In this document: in pieces, positions 10,343 through 20,500 of the stretch
How the letters are laid out: each line of letters starts with the position of its first letter
Numbering within the stretch: position 1 is the stretch's first letter
NCBI GenBank assembly: GCA_048940925.1
Contig: JBHLOC010000023.1
Coordinates: 1 to 64,000 of the forward strand
DNA length: 64,000 nt
Source of the DNA: Promethearchaeota archaeon
Lineage (GTDB): Archaea; Asgardarchaeota; Lokiarchaeia; Sigyniarchaeales; SOKP01
Direction: 5' to 3'
The notes under the pieces: generated by a model
The model's input: the letters and a program-made list of their open reading frames with translations, nothing else
Told to the model about the DNA's origin: nothing
Databases searched by the model: none
Made by a program: the position numbers and the translations under genes

Positions 10343-11518
10343 TTAGAAATCTAAGGGGTAATTCCCAAATTCTCGAGTTGCATCAACCATCCACCTTAAA
10401 TTTTGAACCTTAACAGCGGGATGCATATTAGCTGCACTTACTATAAAACCTCCTCCAGGTCCAGCAGTTTTTATAGCAAATTTTACAGCATCAAACACTT
10501 CTTCTTTAGTACCATACGTTAATACATGGGCAACATCGATGTTTCCCATAAGACAAAGCTTTTCTCCTACTTTCTTCTTTACCACTGCTAAATCTACACC
10601 CGCAGTAGGTTCAAGAGATTGAAGACCATCAAATCCACAATCCACAACAAAATCTAATAGAGGGGTTATTCGTCCATCAGAGTGAAGAACAATTTTTCCT
10701 CCTCGTTCATGAACCGTATCTGTTATAATCCTATATCCTGGAAGGACGAGTTCTCTAAACTTCTTTGGGCTCATCATAGGACCTGTTTTATATGCAAGAT
10801 CTCCTGATTCAACAAATACTTCTGCTCCTGCTTCCATATAACTTTTATATAATTCGGCTGTAAATTGTGCGATAACTGTATGCACTTCTTTAATAAACCT
10901 TGGATCTTTTCTCACCATCCGAGCATAATAAGGCCATCCTAATCCTTGACTAGCAGCTTCAAATGTACCTAGATAATCATTTGTAACAATTACAAATATT
11001 TTATCTTTATGCTTCTTATTTATCCGCCTAAAAAATTTTTTAACCATATTTTTATATTTATCAACAGCAGGACCCTCTAAGTACTCTCGAACTTCTCTCC
11101 ATTTCTCTTTTGAAGTAGTAGTACCATAGAGATAATATGGATTAAAATTTCCCTCATTATTCAACACTGACCAGACCCTACCATAGATATCCCCTAAAAG
11201 TAATGTTCCATCATTTTGTTCTCCTAATGCATAAAATGGGATAATTCCTACCTGCATAACATCTAATCCAATTTTTGCAGCAGCTTCTACGCACCGTGAA
11301 AAAACATTTTTTTCAATTCCTTCAATTAGATTACTCATATCTTCAATCCAACCATCTGGATTATTTTGTTTAATTTGATTGAGTGTATCAAAATCATCAA
11401 TTTCAGGTTTTCCAAGAATTTCATCACTATTATTAGCATCAATTAAAATGGTATGGCATGGGACGCGATCTGGTTCTTCTAGATTAAGAGCAGCAAGAAC
11501 TCTCTCTCTACATTCCAA
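10343..11518 (-). CDS. Uroporphyrinogen decarboxylase-family (MtaA/CmuA-like) protein
   Basis: RERVLAALNLEEPDRVP, GDLAYKTGPMMSP, LHSDG, LMGNID, GPGGGFI; TTG start after GGTGAT. Confidence 0.85.
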   Translation of the reverse strand: MECRERVLAALNLEEPDRVPCHTILIDANNSDEILGKPEIDDFDTLNQIKQNNPDGWIEDMSNLIEGIEKNVFSRCVEAAAKIGLDVMQVGIIPFYALGEQNDGTLLLGDIYGRVWSVLNNEGNFNPYYLYGTTTSKEKWREVREYLEGPAVDKYKNMVKKFFRRINKKHKDKIFVIVTNDYLGTFEAASQGLGWPYYARMVRKDPRFIKEVHTVIAQFTAELYKSYMEAGAEVFVESGDLAYKTGPMMSPKKFRELVLPGYRIITDTVHERGGKIVLHSDGRITPLLDFVVDCGFDGLQSLEPTAGVDLAVVKKKVGEKLCLMGNIDVAHVLTYGTKEEVFDAVKFAIKTAGPGGGFIVSAANMHPAVKVQNLRWMVDATREFGNYPLDF

Positions 11519-11595
11519 AAAAATATCACCTTTAGAAATATAATATTACACTTTAGATTTATTAAATTATCCAAATGAGAAAAATATAATAGTTT

Positions 11596-12801
11596 CTATT
11601 TTTTTGCCATCTTCAATAAAATAAATAAGATGTCTGGATTTTTAATAAAAAATTTCAATAAAAATGAAATTACATTTGGGATTCTTAAAAATTTAAATAT
11701 TAAGGTTTTTGGAAAATCCATATCCCCATAAATATTAATTAAGTTCTCAATTTTGCTAGTTTTTATGATTTCAAATAGCTTTATGAAATCTTTGTTTCTT
11801 AATCTTTCCAAAACTGCTCGGATTAAGTAATGAATTTTTAACTGTTTTCCGATTGTTGACATGCAAGGTTTCTCATAATATTTCTTTATTATTTTTCTTG
11901 ATAAATTATTAATCTTAAAAGATTTTTTAATACAATAAGCTGCATACTTTGATGCTGTTAGTAGATTTATTATACCTCCTCCTGTTGTAGCTTTAACTTG
12001 ACATGCGGCATCTCCTAGTAACAATATGTTGTTAAACGCAAGTTTATTCATCATTCCGTAAGGGATAAGACCACCTTGTTGATTTATCTTTTGTTCAAAA
12101 TCTATTTTAAGCTGTTTAAGGAAAATTTGAAAATTTTTTCTTATATTTTGAGAGCATGCCATACCGATTCGGAAAATACCGTTCCCTTCGGGAACAATCC
12201 ATCCAAATAATTCTCTCCATCTAGGATCAAAATACATAGCAGCTTCATTTTCTTCAAGATTAGCTGTGATTCGGATCTGTGTTGCATATAAATTTTTATT
12301 TTTTATCCCTAATAATTTGGCTACTACGGAAAGCGGACCATCACACCCAACTAATACTTTCACTTTAAGAATTCTGTTTGATGTTTCGACTATTAATAGT
12401 TTTTGGTGATCATTTCTCATATATTTAAATAATTTGAATTTTTCTCCAAGAAAAAACTTAATATTATTATTATTTCTTACTCTTTCATAAAAATAAAGAT
12501 CTAAAGCAGTTCTATCAATAATATAAGGTTCTTCATTTCCAGATATTTTGATAAACCGTCCTTTAGGGGCAACTATTTTTGCTATTTTCACGCGATTTAA
12601 AATAATCTCTTCTGATAACTCTATCAATTTAATTATTTTCTCAGAGATAATACCTGCACATTGAAGTGGAAGCCCAATTTCTTTATGTTCTTCAATAACA
12701 GCTATTTTTAAATTGGTATTTGACAGTAAATAACATAAATAATTTCCAGCAATACTTGCTCCCACAATGCAAATATCAAATCTTTCAATATTTATTTCCA
12801 T
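11596..12801 (-). CDS. Geranylgeranyl reductase-family FAD oxidoreductase
   Basis: Rossmann IVGASIAG, PLQCAG, GCDG, FGWIVP, GDAACQVKATTGGGI. Confidence 0.85.
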   Translation of the reverse strand: MEINIERFDICIVGASIAGNYLCYLLSNTNLKIAVIEEHKEIGLPLQCAGIISEKIIKLIELSEEIILNRVKIAKIVAPKGRFIKISGNEEPYIIDRTALDLYFYERVRNNNNIKFFLGEKFKLFKYMRNDHQKLLIVETSNRILKVKVLVGCDGPLSVVAKLLGIKNKNLYATQIRITANLEENEAAMYFDPRWRELFGWIVPEGNGIFRIGMACSQNIRKNFQIFLKQLKIDFEQKINQQGGLIPYGMMNKLAFNNILLLGDAACQVKATTGGGIINLLTASKYAAYCIKKSFKINNLSRKIIKKYYEKPCMSTIGKQLKIHYLIRAVLERLRNKDFIKLFEIIKTSKIENLINIYGDMDFPKTLIFKFLRIPNVISFLLKFFIKNPDILFILLKMAKK

Positions 12802-12875
12802 TAAGAGATTTTATGTAAATAATAAATTAGAACTTTTAGGAAAAAACAGTTTTGATGAATAAAATCAAGAACAGT

Positions 12876-13913
12876 TCATAAAGCATAATACTTATTATAG
12901 TATACTAATTCTTCTTCTGGAAATTCTCTATAACCAAGTGCAATCATCTCTCCATAGATAATTGCCAAAACAATTCCACCAAAAACAGGATTATTATCTA
13001 TAGACAAATCTGTCCTAGAAGTTAATAATAGCATCATTTTTTTAAATATATATCTAGTTTTAGGCTTTTCTTTATAAAATTTTATTATACTCTTACGAAA
13101 TTGCTTCATAAAGGATTCATTATCTAGGATCAATTCTCGAACATTTTCTTTGCCTTTAACAAGACCAAAATGTCCAAATCCTGCCTTTAAAGGAATCAAT
13201 TTTTTAATATTGTCAAGGCTTTCCATGTATTTTTCATGATTATAATAGATTGGCATGGATGTGGGTAATGGTACAAGTTTCGTGGAATGATATATTGTGC
13301 CCACTGCTTCACCAAAATGAATAAAATCAGGATTCCCGTCTTTAACGAATGCAGGGCATTGATGATCTGGTGTATGCCCAGGTGTTTTAAATATGATCAA
13401 TTTAACATCCGAACTATTAATATGAAATGTCGAAACGCTTTCAAGTTTATTTACATTTGATTCGAATTTTATCGTAGGCTCTACAATCTGAAACGCTGAT
13501 TCCTCTATAGGTTCCATAACACCTGTTAAATCCCCATAAGTTCTCACTCCGCGTTTTAAATGAAGTTCAAAATTATTTAGTAATTATTTTGTAATACAAT
13601 TTGTAAGAATTTTTACTTCTGGGTCATATCTTTTTAATTCTTCATATAGCTTCCATATTCCACCAATATGGTCAAAATGGTGATGACTGGTAACTAAATA
13701 TTTGAATGATGATAAAGGAATATCATTTTTCTTGAAATATTTTAAAATTTTCTTTATATCTAAAGATGAGCCATAATCGAACAAAACCGCTCCATCATCA
13801 AATTCAGCAAGAAAGACAGATAACATTCGACTTAATCTATATGCATTCGCATCGATATGATGGAGATATTCATTTATCTTTCCCGAATTTAGTGTAATAA
13901 AACTATTTCCCAT
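12876..13913 (-). pseudogene. MBL-fold metallo-hydrolase interrupted by an in-frame TAA (13586..13584)
   Basis: Upstream ORF has SHHHFDH and downstream ORF has TPGHTPDH. They are in the same frame: ...TNCITK*LLNNFELHLKRGVRTYGD... Confidence 0.8.
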
Positions 13914-13984
13914 AAAACAAGTAATAATGAATTAAATAATAATTATTTTATTAACAAAAATAAAAGAAATTTTAAATAAAAAAA

Positions 13985-16165
13985 TTAAAGATCAAGTTGT
14001 CGACGCCAAAGGTTCATAGTTGTTTTTAATTCATCTTTTTCTTGACGACTTAACATTTCAGTATTCTCTTTAAGTTCATCAGTTCTTATATGAATACTTT
14101 TTAATACAGTATGATAACCTTTTTGTTTAACATATTCACCTTGAAATTTCTCTAAAGCTTTAGAAACTTCTAAGCCAGTTGATCTTTCAAGACTGTTTAT
14201 TATCTCATCAAGTTGTTGAGATAAGAGTGATGGAGGTTTCATTTCAGGAGCTTCTGAAACTAAAGGAGCTTCCTTTTTAGTCTCTTCTCCTTTTGATGGG
14301 ATTGTGGCAGGTTCTTCTGCCTCTCTTGAAAGAGATGTTTTGATTGTCCGCATAATTTCTTTTCGAGCTCCAACCCATGCATCTTCCAATATTGGAACAA
14401 AAATTTTGATATGTTCTTCAATGATACTTCCGATTCCCGCAATTTCCGTGACTTCTTCCCCTCTAAATTCAGTTTTTGAAAGAACACATAAGATTACTTC
14501 TTCATAATCTCTATTAATCCCCCAGAGGTTTTGTAAAGTTCTATTTCTATAATCTACATTATCCATTTTATCTAATTCTTGCATAACAGCTTCATGAGCA
14601 GATATAGCTGGATTAATATGAGTCGCAATTCTAAAATTTATTCTTGAGGGGCGTGATTTAATAGCATCAATATCAATATCTAAAAGATCAGGTGCTACTA
14701 TTAAAACTCTCATCTTCGCTTTCGATACCTCATCGTTGATGTGTGCTTTAGCAGCTTCTGGAGAACGAATAAACCAGATATCTTTCATCGTGATAGCTCC
14801 TTTTGCTTTTTTCGATTGTTCCCAGAATTCCCTTGTAGTTTTTTCACTAACCTCCAATCTATTCAAAATATCACTTAGAGTGTTGTCTAAAGTATCAAGT
14901 ATACCCTTAGAAAATATTTCCCTAACATTTCCAAATGATTGAAAAATATCTCCAGATAATCCCTCGATTTTTGCTTCGGCCAACTTTGCCGCTTTATTGA
15001 AATTTTCAATAATTTCAGAAAATGCTTTTTCTTTTTGTTCATCTGTCTTTATTGATATGCCCTCAATATTTTTGACAGCATCTTCAATCGAACTCCTTAA
15101 TTTAGACACAAATTCAGAGTCAACGCCTTGAGTTAGTTTTTTCAACTCATCTGCAAATACAGTTTGACTTACACTTAATTGAACATTAAGATTATCAGTG
15201 ATATCTTTTAATCTGGAACTAATTACTTTTTCAATTATATCTCCTACAGCTTGCTGAATAACCCCTAACCGTAATTTCTGTAAATTATCAGAAACTATTT
15301 TCTTTACATCACCTAGTTGATTTCTCAACTCACTTACCTGATTTCTGATAACTTGTGAAGTTTTTCGATTAAGATTATCAAATTGTGAGGTTAGACTTCC
15401 AAGTTGGTCTTCTGAAATACTTCTTGTCACATCTCCTAAACCGGAAATATCTTTTGTAATGTTTCTTATCTGATCTATAGCAGATAATGTTTGATCAAAT
15501 TCCTTCTTTTGGGCTTGGATTTGAGTGAGCATTTTTTCCTTCAATTCAGTCATAGCTTCTGTAGAATCCTTAAGCTTTTCCATACCTTTAGCTTCTGATT
15601 CTAGTTGAGCAAAAGATTTATCCAACTGAATAGGTATTTTAGATTTAATATCAGCGATGTAAGTATAAAAATTATTTAATTGAGATACTAAAGCAGCATA
15701 AGGGGGTAAGGCAGCATAATGAGGTGTAGCACCAATTATTTCCTTAAATAATCCTTTTTCTAGAAATTTATCAACAGTCTGTTTACATTCTTCCTTCGAT
15801 TTACCTGTTAGAATAGAAATCTCTCCGAGAGATACTGTTTCACGTCCAGTTGTTCGAAAATATAACTCTATCTCTTCATCCGAAAGTTCAATATTGCTTA
15901 ATACTTGTTTCATTAATTTTTCTGAATACGTTACTTCTTCTTCCTTTTCTGTTAAGTCTTCTATCTCAAAATTATCTATCTCTAAACTCATATTAATAAA
16001 AACAGTTAATTTATGAAGTGGGTCACCATGAGTACTTTCTTTCTTTATTGGAAATTTTCTGACTTCTCTATATTCCTCCGATGATACTGGAAACTTAATT
16101 TCTTTCAAACAAAATTTACAGGTAATGGGTACTTCAATTACATCCTTATCTTTAAATAAATACAT
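13985..16165 (-). CDS. TrmB-like regulator: N-terminal CxxC/HGDPxH domain, wHTH, long coiled coil, PLD-like domain, C-terminal helical domain
   Basis: CKFC...HGDPLH; LSDEEIELY...LGEISILTG...LEKGLF...HYAALPP (TrmB HTH); WFIRSPEAAKAHINDEVSKAKMRVLIVAP (TrmB PLD-like). Confidence 0.65.
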   Translation of the reverse strand: MYLFKDKDVIEVPITCKFCLKEIKFPVSSEEYREVRKFPIKKESTHGDPLHKLTVFINMSLEIDNFEIEDLTEKEEEVTYSEKLMKQVLSNIELSDEEIELYFRTTGRETVSLGEISILTGKSKEECKQTVDKFLEKGLFKEIIGATPHYAALPPYAALVSQLNNFYTYIADIKSKIPIQLDKSFAQLESEAKGMEKLKDSTEAMTELKEKMLTQIQAQKKEFDQTLSAIDQIRNITKDISGLGDVTRSISEDQLGSLTSQFDNLNRKTSQVIRNQVSELRNQLGDVKKIVSDNLQKLRLGVIQQAVGDIIEKVISSRLKDITDNLNVQLSVSQTVFADELKKLTQGVDSEFVSKLRSSIEDAVKNIEGISIKTDEQKEKAFSEIIENFNKAAKLAEAKIEGLSGDIFQSFGNVREIFSKGILDTLDNTLSDILNRLEVSEKTTREFWEQSKKAKGAITMKDIWFIRSPEAAKAHINDEVSKAKMRVLIVAPDLLDIDIDAIKSRPSRINFRIATHINPAISAHEAVMQELDKMDNVDYRNRTLQNLWGINRDYEEVILCVLSKTEFRGEEVTEIAGIGSIIEEHIKIFVPILEDAWVGARKEIMRTIKTSLSREAEEPATIPSKGEETKKEAPLVSEAPEMKPPSLLSQQLDEIINSLERSTGLEVSKALEKFQGEYVKQKGYHTVLKSIHIRTDELKENTEMLSRQEKDELKTTMNLWRRQLDL

Positions 16166-16192
16166 TTTATAATCCTCTCTAATTTAATTAAA

Positions 16193-17446
16193 TTAGAATT
16201 CGACCTTTTCGGGATATGTAACCTCTAATAAGCTAAGAGCTTTCTTCGCAATTTCATAAGTAATACCACCATCTACATCTTTATTCTTAAAAGCTTCTCT
16301 TATCTTCGGGAGTAGGTATTCTGGAAAAACGATTAATGGTTTAATATCTGTTAATAGACATATCCATGTCCTATTATTATCATCAATAACTTCAGTGATT
16401 ATATTTAATTTTTTCAAGTCCTCTAATAGTATTTCAGTAACAGCAAATTCTGAAAAGATTTTAGGAATTTTATCTAATGGATAATGATTATGTCGCATTA
16501 ATATGAAAAAATCATAAGCATCTGGACTTAAAAGAATAGAAGCTAATTTCTTAGTTTCCTCAATTCCTCGAGTGTAAGGGTCATAATCCGAAAAAAATTC
16601 AACAACTTTTTGGCGATATAATGGAAGTAATTCATTTTTAGTTTCTTTAAAATGATTTAGTAAAGTCTCATTTGGAATTCGAGCTAAAATTAGATCTTTT
16701 ACTAAAAATAAGTATTCTCCTTGATGTGTAATTTCCCCAGTTTTTTTATCTTTCTCTCCTGCTATCCAGTCGCGACGAATTAAATTTAATTCTAAAAATG
16801 GTTGAAGTAAGACATCCACGTTCACAGTTGCTGACATTTTTTCTAATGTTTTTTTCATCTCATTTTTAGATATAGGTCTTTCTCTTAACATCTCTAAAAT
16901 TTTCAAACGTTCATCGCTATTGTAGATTAATCCTACTTTTTGAAGTTTATCAAGATTCGATAATCTATCTACTTGAAAAATAGTGAATTTTATTTCATTT
17001 TTTAACCTAATATTGATGTTTTCTATTAAGGATAATTGCTTTGAATTTTTGGCTCTGGTTAGTTTGTCAAAAATAGTGTCTAACCTATTTCCCATCTCTT
17101 TGATTAAATCTTCAAATATTTCAATCTCATCATCTAATTCAAATACGGAGATTACCAAATATTGAGTTCCATCAGCAACTTGTTTAAAATATGAGATAAC
17201 TTGATAGGGAGTTTCTTTTAATCTACCTGTATAGAAATTACTATAACTATATTTCACTCCAAAAAGACCAGTCGTATGTTGATAGAAAATAGCAAAGATA
17301 TCGTTTTCAATGATTAATTCTGAAAAATTTTCTTCGTTAAATTCTTCATCCCTAAATACTACTTGTATAGGATCGAATTCTGGTTCTATTTCACCTGTCT
17401 CTTTTTGATTAATCTTGAACTGGAATGTCAAAATTCCTTGAATCAA
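16193..17446 (-). CDS. Hypothetical protein, possible longin-like N-terminus plus winged-helix domains
   Basis: RLKILEMLRERPISKNEM...LLQPFLELNLIRRDW is wHTH-like; beta/alpha N-terminal pattern; TTG start; probably co-transcribed with the TrmB-like gene. Confidence 0.5.
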   Translation of the reverse strand: MIQGILTFQFKINQKETGEIEPEFDPIQVVFRDEEFNEENFSELIIENDIFAIFYQHTTGLFGVKYSYSNFYTGRLKETPYQVISYFKQVADGTQYLVISVFELDDEIEIFEDLIKEMGNRLDTIFDKLTRAKNSKQLSLIENINIRLKNEIKFTIFQVDRLSNLDKLQKVGLIYNSDERLKILEMLRERPISKNEMKKTLEKMSATVNVDVLLQPFLELNLIRRDWIAGEKDKKTGEITHQGEYLFLVKDLILARIPNETLLNHFKETKNELLPLYRQKVVEFFSDYDPYTRGIEETKKLASILLSPDAYDFFILMRHNHYPLDKIPKIFSEFAVTEILLEDLKKLNIITEVIDDNNRTWICLLTDIKPLIVFPEYLLPKIREAFKNKDVDGGITYEIAKKALSLLEVTYPEKVEF

Positions 17447-17505
17447 TTTTAAGTTCCTCTTAAATTTATTTATTAAATTTCAGTAATTAAAATATATATT
17501 ATAAT

Positions 17506-17522
17506 TTCTTAAGTAACTTATT
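17506..17522. promoter_or_regulatory. Palindromic operator-like motif TAAGT(A)ACTTA upstream of surface protein 1
   Basis: ttcTTAAGTAACTTAtt directly before a TTAAA box; near-identical copy at 23176..23192. Confidence 0.5.
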
Positions 17523-17590
17523 AAATTAAATTTATCCTATTTTAGATTAAAAAATATATATAATGGAAATGATAACGGGTTGATTTAGCT

Positions 17591-20500
17591 TTGAAAAAAT
17601 TAAACGTTAAAAAAAGATATTTTATGATTTTCATCTTATTTTCATTAATACTTTCAGTTTATTCTTTCATTTTGTTTTCAAATATTCTTCAAAACAATTA
17701 TTATAAGGTAGATGAAAAATCCGAGATAGATGATTTAAATAAAGAGAAGAATCCTAATTTATCAGCACAAGAAACCCTTACTACTGTTTGGTATAAAAAT
17801 CCTACATTTGAAGATCCAATCGAACCAATATGGTATTCAGAATTAAATGGTGATTTATCTGATATAAATGCTACTTCAGGCTCTGGACAAGCAAATTATG
17901 AGATTCTGGGAGAAACTCACACCTTTTCAGAGATCTCAGGAATACCTCTCAGTACTGAATGGACACAAGTCCATAATCCAGACTTTCCTGATTTTCCTGA
18001 TACTGCGACAATAATTGCTAATGAAGGATGTTATGTCTCTCATTACTGGGATGAAAAATCTGACCAAGCTCCAAGTGTTCATTGGGAAAGAAATATAACT
18101 ATGCCTGTTAATATGTCAGATTATATAATCACATCTGTATCACTAAGCGCTCTTGTCAATGCTACAGTACAAGCAACTGATTACGATAATGGAGGAATTG
18201 ACGTTTTTGGTGATACCGATGTTAATGGTGCGACATATGATTATGTTAAATTTTATATATTATTTTCTGATATTACTAAAAATAAAGTTTATGAGGTTGC
18301 TGCTTATCAATCAACAGATTTAGGAAAGGATAGTGCTGGAACTTGGGATTATCTTTATGATACCTATTTAGAAAATGAACCTCAGGATAAATTAATTGAA
18401 TATCTTACTTCAGTTTTAAATACTGATTATAAAAATTTTACAATTACATTAGGAATAAGATTATGGTGTGAAGATAGTTCACCTGGTCTTCCACCCGATG
18501 ACTGGGATGAAGACAATTGGCAAGATGTAATAATTAAAAGTTGTAATTTATCATTTACATATGAAAAAAAAATAGATCAATTTAATTCTATTTCATGGAA
18601 CCAAGATGGAGATAAAATAAATACTACTGTAGATGGAACGACAGTCACCATTAAAGAAGCTAAACTAAATTTTAAATATAAAATTAATGAAAATTGGACA
18701 AATTTATCACCTAACTCTGAATTTAGGATTTTCATTAATAATAACAAACTTACAGAGACAATAAAACTTAGTAAGGCTACTTCAGACTTTCAATTAGCAA
18801 AAGAAGGTGGATTTGATGTGACTTCATTGACTCTACCAGATATTAAACTTAATTTATCGATTGAAGTGTATCTCGCAGATGAATTTAATTTGGGTGTTAA
18901 GAAAATTATATCAATAGATGATGTTTATTTGAATATAACTTATACAGTTAACTTTCCAGACACACAAACAAATTTACAAGTATTTTTTAATGGTGAAAAT
19001 AAAACTAATAATCCAATATTTCAAATATCTGCTAAAACAGATTTAAATATCACTGTTAAATATCCTGACGCAATGGGCAATCATATTCCTCAAGCTATTG
19101 TAGAATTAACTGGAAATCTTACGGGTTTTCTACAAGAGAATGAGACTTTGGAACAATATACGATTATCATTGATACAGAAGATTTACCTATAGGAGAAAT
19201 ATATTTTGATATAGTAGCTCATAGAATAAATTATGAAGCCCAAAAAGTAGGTGCTTTACTAACAGTTTCTAAAATCAATACCCAAAGTTTACAAATTTTT
19301 TTAAATGGAGAAGAAAAAACTTCATTTCCTTTCTTAGATGTACCTCTCAATAAGTTATTAAATATAACCGTAAAGTATAAAGATACCACAGGAGATCATA
19401 TTTCAGGTGCTGCAGTACAACTAATCGGAGAAGGAATTTTAGAAGATTTAGAGGAAGATTTTAATTTTGAACAATATACAGTTCTACTCAATACATCAAT
19501 AAAATTTCAATTAGGAGTTAATAATTTATTAATAAATGCTGAAAAAGAAAGGTATCAAGAAGAAAGTATCAATCCAAAAATAACAGTAAGAAAAATAAAC
19601 ACACAAATTATATCTATGACTGGATCAAATAATATAAACATTAGACCAGGAAAAAGTGCTACAATTAGTGTTTTCATTAATGATACAGATTTCAATAAAA
19701 TCATAAAGGGATTAACACTCACTTATACATGGGAATTTGGAGATGGGATTTTAAAAGATGATAATAATGATGGAATATATGAAGTGATACTTAATAATGT
19801 GCCTGTTGGGACGCATTATGTTAATATTAGCGCCTTTGGGAGCGATATTTATAGGTTTGAGACTTATAGAATAACAATTAATGCTCTAAGACCAAAACAA
19901 AATATGCTTCTTTTTCAAATTTTATTAACAATAGGAATTATTGCGTCTGGAGTAATCGCTGGCTATATTTATGCTTATCAGAAAATTTTGAAATATCCAA
20001 GACAAGTGAGAAAAGTTCGTAAGTATAGAAAAACGCTAAAGAAGAAAAAAGCACCTAGTGGGGTAATTAAAACTCGTGAAACCACTTTTAACAGTGCATA
20101 TCAAAAAGAATTAAATAAAACATCAAGATTTGTAAAAGGAAAAGCTACTTTTAAAAAATCGGAAGAACAAGAAACCCCTGAAAAAAAAAGAGGGGAACCT
20201 AAATTGAATTCGGGATCTAAAAGTGAAAATAATATAAATTCAAATACAAACAGCACTGGTTTTGATAAACAAAAATCCTTCAGTAAACAAAAATTGATCA
20301 TATTAAGAAAATTAAGATTAGGTCTTTTAAAACCAAAAAAAATTCGTCGATTTATTTCTATTTTAATTGTTACCATTTTACTTTTGAGTCCTTTTATCAT
20401 TAGTTTTTACATATACCAAAATTCAAAAAATCCTCTAAGAGATGATAATTCAAGTAAAATAAGAATATCTGGTCAAAAAACTAACTCTACAGAATGGTTG

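Noticed and set aside
13548-13590. Intron in the split MBL hydrolase
   Set aside because: The intervening codons read as plausible protein (LLNNFELHLKRG) and no 4-bp helix with bulges was found.
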